Under the pieces are notes generated by a model. The model was given only the letters and a program-made list of their open reading frames with translations, ran no database searches and was not told the origin of the DNA. 64,000 nucleotides of DNA from Spirochaetia bacterium. Lineage in GTDB: Bacteria; Spirochaetota; Spirochaetia; SZUA-6; Bin103. The stretch's first letter is position 1. Each line of letters begins with the position of its first letter. Below, piece by piece: positions 1-9,532 of the stretch. The position numbers and the translations under genes are program-made. The stretch lies in the NCBI GenBank assembly GCA_965203515.1, contig OZ241907.1, positions 3,808,001 to 3,872,000 of the forward strand, written 5' to 3'.

Positions 1-78
1 GACCTGCGGCTGTACCGCCGCGTCCTCGCCGAGGACGAAATCGCCCGATTGCGCACCACGACACGGTCATCAGGCTGA
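1..78 (+). CDS. 3' end of a LamG/concanavalin-like domain protein (partial, runs in from the left edge)
   Basis: Frame 1 reads DLRLYRRVLAEDEIARLRTTTRSSG-stop, resembling the LamG-like C-terminal motif D-x-R-x-Y-x-R-x-L-x-x-x-E-I. Confidence 0.55.
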   Translation, partial: DLRLYRRVLAEDEIARLRTTTRSSG

Positions 79-111
79 CCGAGACGGGCGAAAGGTCGCC
101 GTGCTACTGTT

Positions 112-756
112 GTGCATGATTTGGACTCTCATGCGCGACCGACCGCCGTAACCGCCTTCATAGATTGGCAAACGCAAATGCACCACACGCGCATGCCTGC
201 GTTCAGGCCGGATGACCGGGCGATGTTGACTTTGCGGAGGACGACCCGCACTATCAACAGGGTGCTGACGAGCGAAGCTCCGGACCTCCGGTTCTCCGTC
301 GTCCTGCGCCTGTACCATGGTTGGCACAGAGGCTGGGAGGAAACCGAAAATCTGCGCGCTATTGCCAGGGTCCAATCGGCGGACGTCTTCTCCGATTATT
401 CGACTGACAATATCGTATTTTCGGAGAAAGTTCAGTTGCGCGACCATGATTTTATGAGATTACTCGGTCGGGCATGCCGAATCAAGTCCCACTCGTTTTC
501 GGAAGATAGTGATTACCCGTTCCAGAATTTCACCCAAGACTGGTGGTGGCCGGATATCCGGGAATTGCTGAGAACTCACGGGTTTCTTGAAGAATCGATC
601 AGGCAAACTTCAGGTCCGCAGAAGACGCTCTTTCACATCAGGAGGGCCAAGGACCTTTTGGCGGCAGAATTGGACCTGTCTCCGCCGGAATCGCAAGATG
701 ATGAGATTCGTCGATTCTATGCGTCGCTGGTAGCAAAGATGCGCGAATCGCCTTGA
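112..756 (+). CDS. Hypothetical protein, possibly chimeric (PIN/NYN-like N-terminus fused to an unrelated C-terminus)
   Basis: 214-aa ORF, visibly lower GC than the surroundings; AFIDW and LRLYHGW segments recall NYN-like starts, but I see no downstream NYN acidic motifs. Confidence 0.35.
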   Translation: MHDLDSHARPTAVTAFIDWQTQMHHTRMPAFRPDDRAMLTLRRTTRTINRVLTSEAPDLRFSVVLRLYHGWHRGWEETENLRAIARVQSADVFSDYSTDNIVFSEKVQLRDHDFMRLLGRACRIKSHSFSEDSDYPFQNFTQDWWWPDIRELLRTHGFLEESIRQTSGPQKTLFHIRRAKDLLAAELDLSPPESQDDEIRRFYASLVAKMRESP

Positions 757-772
757 GACGCAGGAGACGGTC

Positions 773-2248
773 ATGCTGACCCGCCTTGAAGTGAACGGCT
801 TCAAGAATCTGGTCGATTTCTCCCTCGATCTTGGACCGTATACCTGCATCGCCGGAGTCAACGGCGTCGGCAAGTCCAACATCTTCGACGCCATCCGGTT
901 CCTGTCACTGTTGACCGATCACACCATCAAAGAATCCGCACTGCTGATTCGGAGCTCCGCGCAGGATACCGGCGAAATCGGCGATCTGTTCTTCTCCGCA
1001 AACGGCGACGCGATGGACCGCATCAGGTTGGCCGCCGAGATGATCGTAGACGGAAGCGTGGTCGACGACTTCGGCCGGCCGGGAGCGCCTTCATCGACGT
1101 TCTTGCGGTACGAAGTCGCGTTTCGACACGAACCGCCATCCGCCTCCGCCGGCCCGTTCGGCGGGCTCGTTCTGGAACGCGAAGACCTGCGCCACATCCT
1201 GTCCGGCCAAGCCGCTCAAAGGCTGCGATTTCCGCACGACAAACAGTTTCGGAGCAGCGTCATCTTCAACAAGCGGCGAGGGTCCGGCTTTATTTCCACG
1301 CGCAATGGCCGAGCGGAACCGGCGACCATCGTCGTCCATCAGGACGGCGGCTCCTCGGGGCGGGCGCGGCCCGCGGCGTCCGCCGAAAGCGCCCCCCGAA
1401 CGATCATCGGCACCGAGAACACGGCGGCGACGCCGACGATCCTGGCGGCGCGCCGGGAAATGCAGCGGTGGCGCATCCTGGCGCTGGAGCCCTCGGCGAT
1501 GCGGAGGCCGGACAAGTTCACCGACGAACCGGGCATTACCGCGGACGGCGGACATATCCCCGTCACCCTGCACCATCTGGCCAGCCGCGCCCCATCCGCG
1601 AGCGCGAACGACCCGCACGACGACCTCCTGAGCCGAATCGCCAACACGCTGTCCCGCCTGGTGCCGGTGCGGGCGGTGCGGGCGGTGAGCGACGAAGTGC
1701 GCCAGCTCTATTCCCTGGAGCTCGAAGAACGCGGCGGCGTACGTCTGCGGGCGAATTCGATTTCCGACGGCACGCTGAGGTTCCTGGCCCTGACCGCTAT
1801 CTCCGAAGCGGCCGATGCCGGCCTGTACTGCATGGAGGAGCCCGAAAACGGCATCCATCCGGAGAGACTGGCGGCCATGAATCGATTGCTGCACGACATC
1901 GCGGTCGACCCGGACGAGCCGGTGGCGGCCGACAACCCGTTGCGGCAAGTCATCGTCGCTACCCACTCGCCCTACTTCGTGCAACTACAGAGCATGGAAG
2001 AAATCGTTCTGGCAAAGAATCCCGCCGTCCGATCACCGGCCGGAACAGCCATGTGGCCGCTGAAGTGCTATCCCATGCGGGGTTCGTGGAGAGATCGCGC
2101 GGACCGGGACGATGATGCCCGTACTTCAGATGGAGTAGGTGAGCTCGATTTGCAGTCCTATCTGATTCCGTCGAACGACGCTCAACTCATCCCGGCCGAA
2201 TTATGGCCTGAAGGCTACTGGCCTGAAGAGTTTGGGCCGAGTAGATGA
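773..2248 (+). CDS. ABC/SMC-like ATPase (AAA_21/AAA_15 type), defence-associated
   Basis: Walker A GVNGVGKS, signature SISDGTLRFLAL, Walker B/D-loop CMEEPENGIHP, H-loop ATHSP; AGGAG RBS upstream. Confidence 0.85.
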   Translation: MLTRLEVNGFKNLVDFSLDLGPYTCIAGVNGVGKSNIFDAIRFLSLLTDHTIKESALLIRSSAQDTGEIGDLFFSANGDAMDRIRLAAEMIVDGSVVDDFGRPGAPSSTFLRYEVAFRHEPPSASAGPFGGLVLEREDLRHILSGQAAQRLRFPHDKQFRSSVIFNKRRGSGFISTRNGRAEPATIVVHQDGGSSGRARPAASAESAPRTIIGTENTAATPTILAARREMQRWRILALEPSAMRRPDKFTDEPGITADGGHIPVTLHHLASRAPSASANDPHDDLLSRIANTLSRLVPVRAVRAVSDEVRQLYSLELEERGGVRLRANSISDGTLRFLALTAISEAADAGLYCMEEPENGIHPERLAAMNRLLHDIAVDPDEPVAADNPLRQVIVATHSPYFVQLQSMEEIVLAKNPAVRSPAGTAMWPLKCYPMRGSWRDRADRDDDARTSDGVGELDLQSYLIPSNDAQLIPAELWPEGYWPEEFGPSR

Positions 2249-2462
2249 AGGTACGGTTCCTGTTGATCTGCGAAGGCTCATCCGACACCGCCCTGGTTCC
2301 TCACATTCAGGCGCTGCTCATCGATTGCGGCGCGTCGGAGGCCGATGGTAGTGCGTCGTATCACGGCCGCCGTTTGGAAGACAAGATACGCCTCGGGCTG
2401 AAGTATCATCACGGCGTGAACTTGCTGTTCGTTCATCGCGATGCCGACAGAGCGGGCGCCGC
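2245..2462 (+). pseudogene. Truncated TOPRIM-like (DUF4276-like) partner of the ATPase
   Basis: ATGA overlap with the ATPase stop; ICEGSSD and LFVHRDAD motifs; recognisable similarity ends after about 72 codons, and the rest of the ORF runs antisense into the sialidase gene. Confidence 0.65.
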
Positions 2463-2547
2463 GGGGCGGACCTTCAAGGCAGGATTCGCGACCTGCGGCT
2501 GTATGGCCGCGCCCTCGCCGAGGACGAAATCGCCGGAATGCGCGACG
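2463..2547 (+). repeat. Second copy of the LamG-like 3' end (imperfect direct repeat of 1-54)
   Basis: 2490-2543 matches 1-54 at 49 of 54 nt; translates as GADLQGRIRDLRLYGRALAEDEIAGMR. Confidence 0.8.
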
Positions 2548-3843
2548 TTATTCCGCGAACAGGTCCTGCGAGTAACGGTAGGCAAGGCAGCACGTGCCCC
2601 AGTTCTCGTGGTCGAGATCGAGCAGGGAGTACGCGGCGGTGACCACCAGACCGTCGTCGTAGCAGACGGTGCTCGGGTAGCCGCAGTCCCAACTGAACGC
2701 CGAGTCGGCAATGACGTACTCGGTCTGCAGATCGAAGCGCTCGCCGCCGTCGCGGCTGACGATGGCGCGCACGCCGAACGGATAGGCGCGATATCCGTAG
2801 GTGATCAGCACCATGCCGTTGGCGAGCCGCACGACGCTGCCGGGTGAGGGCTTCTGCGGCTTGCCATTGACCATCCGCCAGTGCCCGACCCCGCGCAGGC
2901 TGCGGAGGCGCGCGGGCGGAGTGCCGGCGCTCAGCGAGCCCGGTTCCCATCGCGTCCAGGTTCCGCCGCCATCACCGGAGTAGGCGATCCGGTTCGGCTC
3001 GTCATTGTGCCGCACGTAGGCGACCCAGCGATCGTCGGTCAGCGGCAGGAATCCGGTCTCGCTGAAACCGCTGCGGATCTCGGTCGGCCGCTCCCAGGTG
3101 CGTCCGCCGTCCTGCGACCGGTACAGGAAGTTCACCCGCTCGTGCGCGGAGGGGTCCGCCTCGTGTATCTCATCGCTCTGATGGCCGCGAGCCATGAATA
3201 CCAGCGTGCCGTCGGCCAGCCTCACCATTTGCCCGTGCGGGCGGACGAACACGCCCGGCCGCGGCATGTCGATCGTACGGGGCTCCGACCAGGTAGCCCC
3301 GCCGTCCGTCGAGCGCACCACTTCCATGTGCCTCTCGCGCCGTGCCCGCGGGTCAGGGTCATCCTCCCGCGAGGTCTCCACCCCGCCGAACAGGATGCCG
3401 TACACCGCCACCAGCGCGCCGTCGGCTGCCTGTCCCAGGGAGTGATCGCGATAATCGAGGTCATCGTCCGGCTCGCCGCGCGCCACGAGTCGGTAGTCGG
3501 ACCAGGAGACGCCGCGGTCGGACGAGAGGGAGATACTGATCTCGCTGCCGGTTCCTATGTGCGGCGCGCCGGTACGCGTGAGACAGGCGAGCCGGCCGTC
3601 GTCCATCTTCAGCAGCACCGGGATGAGGCCGCCGCCGCGCGAGAAGGGCGGCACCGGGTCGGTGACCGAGCCGTACGAGGCGCGCCGCGGATCGCTCCGG
3701 CATTCCGGATACATCAGGAAGTAGTCCTCCACGGACTGAGCGACATCCTCCTTGCCGCACAACCACCGACGGCCGGTAGTGACGACCGGGGCGGCCTCGA
3801 TCCGGTCCACCAGAGACACTTCACGCGGTACGACCATTGCCAT
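2548..3843 (-). CDS. Sialidase-like BNR/Asp-box beta-propeller glycoside hydrolase
   Basis: Asp boxes SSDRGVSW, STDGGATW, SQDGGRTW, SGDGGGTW, SRDGGERF; C-terminal DCGYP; GGAGGAGG RBS. Confidence 0.8.
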   Translation of the reverse strand: MAMVVPREVSLVDRIEAAPVVTTGRRWLCGKEDVAQSVEDYFLMYPECRSDPRRASYGSVTDPVPPFSRGGGLIPVLLKMDDGRLACLTRTGAPHIGTGSEISISLSSDRGVSWSDYRLVARGEPDDDLDYRDHSLGQAADGALVAVYGILFGGVETSREDDPDPRARRERHMEVVRSTDGGATWSEPRTIDMPRPGVFVRPHGQMVRLADGTLVFMARGHQSDEIHEADPSAHERVNFLYRSQDGGRTWERPTEIRSGFSETGFLPLTDDRWVAYVRHNDEPNRIAYSGDGGGTWTRWEPGSLSAGTPPARLRSLRGVGHWRMVNGKPQKPSPGSVVRLANGMVLITYGYRAYPFGVRAIVSRDGGERFDLQTEYVIADSAFSWDCGYPSTVCYDDGLVVTAAYSLLDLDHENWGTCCLAYRYSQDLFAE

Positions 3844-3995
3844 CCTCCTCCGCAGACGGCGAGCGTCCTACGATTCGTCGCCGGCAGGCAAGACGGCGGT
3901 TCGCGGCAAGCGCTCCGTGGACCTCCGTCCGTAGACCAACGACGCGGTGACGATCCCCTACGTTGATCGCGACCGGCTGCATGGCCCAGTCGGCG

Positions 3996-5078
3996 CTACG
4001 GGCGCTCCTCCAGGAACGTGCCTTCGATCCCGCGTCCGCCGTCGGCATGGGTGTAGTAGTAGACGACCAGCACGCGGCCGTCGCGGAGCTGCACCGCCCA
4101 CGGGTAGCCGCAGTCGCTCCCGCGCGAGTCGCTGCGCACCTGGATATCGGGAGCGTCGTCGAGGTCGCCCCCCTCCGGTTCCAGCACGCGCGCCAGACAG
4201 CCGCGCTGGCCATCCCAGCGGGTACCGACGGTGGCGAAGATACGGCCGTCGCGGAGCCCCAGCAGGTGTCCGGGACAGCCCTTGATCGAGGTGAAGCGCC
4301 ACGCCGACCACGTGGCGCCGGCGTCGTCGGAGGTGACCAGCGCCAGCCGGCACTGCGTCTCTTGGGGCCGGCGCGGATGGCAGCGCAGCAGCACCAGGAT
4401 ACGGCCGGCCGGCGTGCGGTAGATCGCCGGCTCGCTGAAGTGGGCCACCGCGTCATCGGCGATGCGGCCGCCGTACGCCCACGTATCGCCGCCGTCGTGC
4501 GACACGCGCAGCATGCCGAAGAACGGCTGGCTGCCGTCCGGCTGCGCGGTCGCCTTGCTGGGCAACAGAATACGGCCGTCTTCCAGCTCGACGAGTTGGC
4601 TGCGCGATACCCCGGAGTGCTCCGCCGGAGCCCCCCACACCCCCTCCGGCAGCGGCGGGAACCGGACCGGCTCGCTCCAGGTGCGTCCGTCGTCCCGGGA
4701 ACGGGTCCGGAACGGAATGCCGGGCCGAGACGACCACGCGGTGTGACTGGGAGTGGTGGCGCCCTCCGGCACCAGCTCCACGGTCGAGGCGTGCAGGAAG
4801 ATGCTGCCGTCGCGCAGCGTGTGGGTGCCGAAGTCGATCACCCCGCCGAGCGGGTCACCGGTGACGAACTCCGCCGGCCCCCAGGTGACGCCGTCGTCGT
4901 GCGAACGGCAGGCGCGCACGTCGAACAGGGGATGACCGTGGTGGGAATGCCCCAGGTCGGGGGATCGGTGGAACAGGGCCAGCAGGTCCCCGGCGGGAGT
5001 GCGGATCACGTTGGGATGCGCGGCGTACCAGCCCGCCTCCCGGTAGATCGTGACGTGTTCTACGACGCGCCAAGCCAT
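3996..5078 (-). CDS. Sialidase-like BNR/Asp-box glycoside hydrolase
   Basis: Asp boxes SHDDGVTW, SRDDGRTW, SHDGGDTW, SDDAGATW; DCGYP; start MAWRVVEH placed 8 nt below a TACAGT -10-like hexamer. Confidence 0.8.
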   Translation of the reverse strand: MAWRVVEHVTIYREAGWYAAHPNVIRTPAGDLLALFHRSPDLGHSHHGHPLFDVRACRSHDDGVTWGPAEFVTGDPLGGVIDFGTHTLRDGSIFLHASTVELVPEGATTPSHTAWSSRPGIPFRTRSRDDGRTWSEPVRFPPLPEGVWGAPAEHSGVSRSQLVELEDGRILLPSKATAQPDGSQPFFGMLRVSHDGGDTWAYGGRIADDAVAHFSEPAIYRTPAGRILVLLRCHPRRPQETQCRLALVTSDDAGATWSAWRFTSIKGCPGHLLGLRDGRIFATVGTRWDGQRGCLARVLEPEGGDLDDAPDIQVRSDSRGSDCGYPWAVQLRDGRVLVVYYYTHADGGRGIEGTFLEERP

Positions 5079-5202
5079 CGCTCGATACTGTACCGCAGAA
5101 GCCGGTCGCGTACTACACACACCGTGCCGGCGCCCTTGTCGTGAGCCTCCGCCGCTCGGAAGGTACACGCGATGGAGATCAGACGCGGTGACGAATTTCT
5201 GC

Positions 5203-6318
5203 TCATATCGGCCTCCCGGTTTCGCCGGTAGCGGGCGACTCGCCGGCCGGCGCGGCCGCCCACGGCGGTTTGGTGATGGCTCTCCCCTGCAACGTCAACT
5301 CGCCCGCGCGTATGCACGCGCTCGACCGCCCGGCGGCGACCTCTCTGAGCCGAGGCACGTCCCCGCTACAGGCGTCGATCGCGTAGGAACACCGGGTGTG
5401 GAACGCGCAGCCGGCGGGCGGATTGGCTGCGCTCGGCACGTCGCCTTCCAGGACGATACGCTCATCGGTATCGTCCGGATCGGGAGCCGGGAAGGCGGAA
5501 AGGAGCGCCTCCGTGTAGGGGTGCTGTGGGTTGCGGAATACCGCATTGGAGGCTCCGGTCTCGACGATACGCCCCAGATACATCACGGCAACGCGGTCGC
5601 TGACGTAACGGACCACGCCGAGGTCATGGGCGATGAACAAATAGCTCAGCCCGAAACGGCGTTGCAGCTCGACCATCAGATTGAGTATCTGCGCCTGCAC
5701 CGACACGTCGAGGGCGGACACCGGCTCATCGGCGATGACGAGCTGCGGCTTGAGCGCCAGCGCCCTGGCAAGGCTGATCCGCTGCCGCTGACCGCCCGAG
5801 AACTCGTGCGGAAACCGATCCGCGTACGAAGGGCGCAATCCCACCGTCTCCAGGAGCGGCTCCACCTCGCTGCGCAGCGCCGGACCGCGAATACCGGCCT
5901 GCACTTCGAGCGGCTCGCCGACGATCTCGATGACCCGCAGGTAAGGATTGAGCGAGGAATAGGGGTCCTGGAATACCATCTGTACGTGACGCCGGAACGC
6001 TTTCAGCTCCCGGCGTCTCAATGCGTGAACGTCGATACGCTCTCCTCCGGAGAGAAAGATCACCGTGCCGCCGGACGGCCTGGAGAGGCCCGCGGCGACC
6101 CTGCCGGCGGTGGTCTTGCCACAGCCGCTCTCGCCGACCAGTCCCAGGGTTTCACCCTGCCGGACGGAGAAGCTGATCCCGTCCACGGCCCTGATCTGCC
6201 CGACGATGCGCCGCAACAACCTCTGCTCGATCGGGAAGTACTTTCGCAGCTTCTCGACGATCAGCAGCTCGGGACGTTCGGCCACGCCTGCTCCTTCGCT
6301 ATCGGTCATCCGACTCAT
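5203..6318 (-). CDS. oppF: Oligopeptide/dipeptide-family ABC ATP-binding subunit (OppF-like)
   Basis: GESGCGKT, FSGGQRQR, IADEP, HPYT...GCAFHTRC C-terminal motif. Confidence 0.9.
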   Translation of the reverse strand: MSRMTDSEGAGVAERPELLIVEKLRKYFPIEQRLLRRIVGQIRAVDGISFSVRQGETLGLVGESGCGKTTAGRVAAGLSRPSGGTVIFLSGGERIDVHALRRRELKAFRRHVQMVFQDPYSSLNPYLRVIEIVGEPLEVQAGIRGPALRSEVEPLLETVGLRPSYADRFPHEFSGGQRQRISLARALALKPQLVIADEPVSALDVSVQAQILNLMVELQRRFGLSYLFIAHDLGVVRYVSDRVAVMYLGRIVETGASNAVFRNPQHPYTEALLSAFPAPDPDDTDERIVLEGDVPSAANPPAGCAFHTRCSYAIDACSGDVPRLREVAAGRSSACIRAGELTLQGRAITKPPWAAAPAGESPATGETGRPI

Positions 6319-7297
6319 GGAGCCAGCACGCCACGGTGTGGCCCGCATCGACCGTGAACTCCGGCGGCTTCTGCGCGCACCGGTCGCCGGCGTGATCGCA
6401 GCGGGACGCAAAGGGGCAGCCGGTGCTGTGCGTCAACGGGTGGGGAACCGACCCCTGAATGACCGCCAGCCGCTGCTTCGGCTCCTCCGCCATGGACGGG
6501 ATCGACCGAAACAGCGCCCGTGTGTACGGATGCCGCGGATCGTGGAAGAGATCGCGGACCGGCGCCCGTTCCATCACCTGACCCAGGTACATCACCATCA
6601 CGGCGTCGGCCATCTTCGCGATTACTCCCAGGTCATGGGTGATGAACAGTATCGCCATGTGGAACTGTTTCTGCAGCCGCTTCAGCAGCGCCAGAATCTG
6701 CGCCTCGATGGTGACGTCGAGGGCGGTGGTCGGTTCGTCGGCGATCAGAAGCTTCGGCCGGCACACCAGGGCCATGGCGATCATGGCCCGCTGCCGCATG
6801 CCGCCCGACAACTGATGCGGGTACGCCTCCATGCGCTGCTCCGCGTCCGGCATCCCAACGGCGCGCAACATCTCCGTCGCCGCAGCGGTGGCGCTATCGG
6901 CGTTCACGGCGGCGTGCTCCCGGAGCGCCTCCTTGATCTGGTAACCGATGGTATAGACCGGCGTCAGCGCCCGCATCGGCTCCTGGAAGATCATCGACAC
7001 GTCGCGGCCGCGGATCTGCCGTATCCGCCTGCCGCGCTGCGGCAGCTGCGCCAGATCGACCGGCCCGCGGTCGGTGGCCAGCACCATGGTGCCGCTCTCC
7101 AGCTTGCCGGGCGGGCTCTTGACCAGTCGCAGCACGCTCAGCGCCGTAACGCTCTTGCCGCAGCCGCTCTCTCCCACCACTCCCAGCGTCCGGTTCCGCT
7201 CCACGCCGAAGCTCACGCCGTCCACCGCGCGCACGATTCCGTCGTCCGTATGGAACCAGGTCCGCAGACCGCTCACCCGGAGCAGCGGTTCGCTCAT
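6299..7297 (-). CDS. oppD: Oligopeptide/dipeptide-family ABC ATP-binding subunit (OppD-like)
   Basis: [34 protein letters not shown]. Confidence 0.9.
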   Translation of the reverse strand: MSEPLLRVSGLRTWFHTDDGIVRAVDGVSFGVERNRTLGVVGESGCGKSVTALSVLRLVKSPPGKLESGTMVLATDRGPVDLAQLPQRGRRIRQIRGRDVSMIFQEPMRALTPVYTIGYQIKEALREHAAVNADSATAAATEMLRAVGMPDAEQRMEAYPHQLSGGMRQRAMIAMALVCRPKLLIADEPTTALDVTIEAQILALLKRLQKQFHMAILFITHDLGVIAKMADAVMVMYLGQVMERAPVRDLFHDPRHPYTRALFRSIPSMAEEPKQRLAVIQGSVPHPLTHSTGCPFASRCDHAGDRCAQKPPEFTVDAGHTVACWLHESDDR

Positions 7298-8463
7298 GTC
7301 GCAAACGGGTCGGCGGCGTCGCGGACGCCGTCACCGAGGAAGTTGAAGGCGAGCACGATGACGATGATGAAGATCGCCGGCAGGCCGAGCCAGGGTTGAT
7401 GCAGCAGCGCCTGCACGCTCTGGGCCCCCTGCAACAGGATGCCCCAGCTCGTCATGGGCGGCGTGACGCCGACGCCCAGGAAGCTGAGACTGCTCTCCGC
7501 CAGAATGAGCTCCGGGACCGACAGCGTCGCCATGACGATGATGTGGCTCAGCGAACCCGGCAGCAGGTGCTTGGTGATGATGCGCCAAGCGCCGGCGCCA
7601 ACGCCCTCGGCAGCCAGGACGTACTCCTCGTTGCGGTACGCCAGCACTTTCCCGCGCACGACGCGCGCCAAGCCGCCCCATCCGATGAGCGATATGGCCA
7701 CGACGATACCCAGGTACACCCAGCCGGAAGGCCAGGTGGCCGGAATCGCGGCCGAGAACGCGAGCCACAGCGGAATCCTCGGGAACGAGATCAGCACCTC
7801 GATGAACCGCTGCAGCGCATGATCGACCATGCGGCCGAAGTAGCCCGACGCGATGCCCAGGATGGTGCCGATGACGATCGTCACCAGGGTTCCTGCCAGC
7901 GGCACCGTCAGGCTTACCTGCGATCCGATCAGGATTCGTGACAGCAGGTCCCTGCCCAGCGTGTCGGTCCCGAACAGAAAGACCGATCCTCCTTCGTCGA
8001 CGCCAAACAGGTGTCGTTCCATCGGGATGATGCCGAGGAAGCGGTACGGCTTTCCCGACGCGAAGAACCGCAGGTAATACTTGGTGTCCTCGACCTCGCG
8101 GTAGGTGAGCGCAAAGGTCTCCAGGTCCAGCTCCTGCTTGAGCGCGTACGTGAACGGCCTGCTCAAGCGGCCGTCCTCGTCGAAGAAATGGAGCCGCTGA
8201 GGCGGGGCGAAGCGCAGCTTGGTGAACTTTTCGTCGTGGTGATAAGGGCTCAGGAACTGCGCGAAGACCGCCATCAGGTAGAACAGCGCGATGACGACGG
8301 CGCTCGCGACCGCCAGTCGATTCTTGCGGAACCGCCGCCACGCGAGCTGTCGGGGAGTGCGGCGTTCCGCTTCGAGAGCGGCGGTATCCTCGATGCCGAC
8401 CGCGTGCGCGACGGCCGCCGGTCGATCCGGAGTCGGCACGGTCGATGGCGCGTCGCTGCTCAT
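7294..8463 (-). CDS. oppC: ABC permease (OppC-like)
   Basis: WRRFRKNRLA, FGTDTLGRD, EYVLAAEGVGA (EAA loop), NFLGDGVRDAADP. Confidence 0.9.
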   Translation of the reverse strand: MSSDAPSTVPTPDRPAAVAHAVGIEDTAALEAERRTPRQLAWRRFRKNRLAVASAVVIALFYLMAVFAQFLSPYHHDEKFTKLRFAPPQRLHFFDEDGRLSRPFTYALKQELDLETFALTYREVEDTKYYLRFFASGKPYRFLGIIPMERHLFGVDEGGSVFLFGTDTLGRDLLSRILIGSQVSLTVPLAGTLVTIVIGTILGIASGYFGRMVDHALQRFIEVLISFPRIPLWLAFSAAIPATWPSGWVYLGIVVAISLIGWGGLARVVRGKVLAYRNEEYVLAAEGVGAGAWRIITKHLLPGSLSHIIVMATLSVPELILAESSLSFLGVGVTPPMTSWGILLQGAQSVQALLHQPWLGLPAIFIIVIVLAFNFLGDGVRDAADPFAT

Positions 8464-8473
8464 GCGATCTGCG

Positions 8474-9472
8474 TCAGTCGTAGCGGATACGCGGATCGAG
8501 CCACGCCAGCGCGATATCGGCGAGGAGGTTTCCCAACAGCAGAAAGATCCCGAAGAACTGCAGGATGCTTCCCGCCAGATAGACGTCCTCTTGCAGGAGC
8601 GCTCTGAACAGCAATGGCCCGGCGGTGGGAAGATTCAGCACGATCGAGGTGATCGTCTCTCCCGACAGCATGGCCGGCAACGACAGGCCCAGGGCGCTGA
8701 TGAAGGGGTTGAACGCGATGCGGACGCTGTGACGCCTGATGACGACCGGTTCGGCCATGCCCTTGGAGCGCGCGGTCGTCACGTGCGGCTGCTGCAGCAC
8801 TTCCAACAGATTGCCGCGCATGATGCGGATGGTGCTGGCCGTGCCGGCGGTGCCGATGACGATGACCGGAATCCACAGATTCCTGGCCAAGTCCCACAAC
8901 TTGCCGAGGCTCCATGGCGCATCCTCGTATTCCATGGAGAGCAGACGTCCCACCGGCAGGTCGAGCGCGTACAGCGCGAACACCATCAGCACCAGCGCCA
9001 GGAAGAAGTTGGGTATCGACAGACCGATGAAGCCCGCGAAGGTCGCGGCATGGTCGCCCAGGCTGTTCTTGTGGGTGGCGGTATAGATGCCGATCGGAAT
9101 GCCGATGGCCCACGTGAACAGCAGCGTCACCAGCGACAGGCCGAAGCTGATCAGCAGTCGGTCCTCCAGCAGCTCCCGCACCGGCAGGAACGTCTCCAGC
9201 GACAGGCCGAAGTCGCCGCGCATGAAGTTGCCGATCCAGAACAGGTACTGCTGCCATTGCGGCCTGTCGAGGCCGAAGCGCGCCCGGATGTTGTCCGCCA
9301 GCTCCTGGGCCGCCTGGGCGTTGATGACGCGCGCGTCGGTGCCGGCGGCAAGCGCGATCAGGTTCGACGCGTAGTCCCCCGGCGGCAACTGAATGGTAAC
9401 GAAGACCACGATCGAGATCAGGAAGAACGACACGATCATGGTCAGCACCCTGCGGATGATGAACGCCGTCAT
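8474..9472 (-). CDS. oppB: ABC permease (OppB-like)
   Basis: IIRRVL, LPPGD, GDFGLS, TARSKG, LDPRIRY. Confidence 0.9.
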   Translation of the reverse strand: MTAFIIRRVLTMIVSFFLISIVVFVTIQLPPGDYASNLIALAAGTDARVINAQAAQELADNIRARFGLDRPQWQQYLFWIGNFMRGDFGLSLETFLPVRELLEDRLLISFGLSLVTLLFTWAIGIPIGIYTATHKNSLGDHAATFAGFIGLSIPNFFLALVLMVFALYALDLPVGRLLSMEYEDAPWSLGKLWDLARNLWIPVIVIGTAGTASTIRIMRGNLLEVLQQPHVTTARSKGMAEPVVIRRHSVRIAFNPFISALGLSLPAMLSGETITSIVLNLPTAGPLLFRALLQEDVYLAGSILQFFGIFLLLGNLLADIALAWLDPRIRYD

Positions 9473-9532
9473 TCCGGTACCAAGGGACTGACGGAAGCTC
9501 CCGCCAGTCCCTGCGTATCAGCCTCTCACGAT

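Noticed and set aside
1..2543. Diversity-generating retroelement TR/VR pair
   Set aside because: The five mismatches are not adenine-specific and no reverse transcriptase is present.
2245..2847. Intact 200-aa CDS
   Set aside because: Only the first ~72 codons are recognisable; the rest overlaps the LamG remnant and the antisense strand of the sialidase.
3821..3981. Short minus-strand ORF (MQPVAINVGDR...) between the sialidases
   Set aside because: No recognisable motif and it overlaps the next gene out of frame; it could be a remnant, but I cannot support it.
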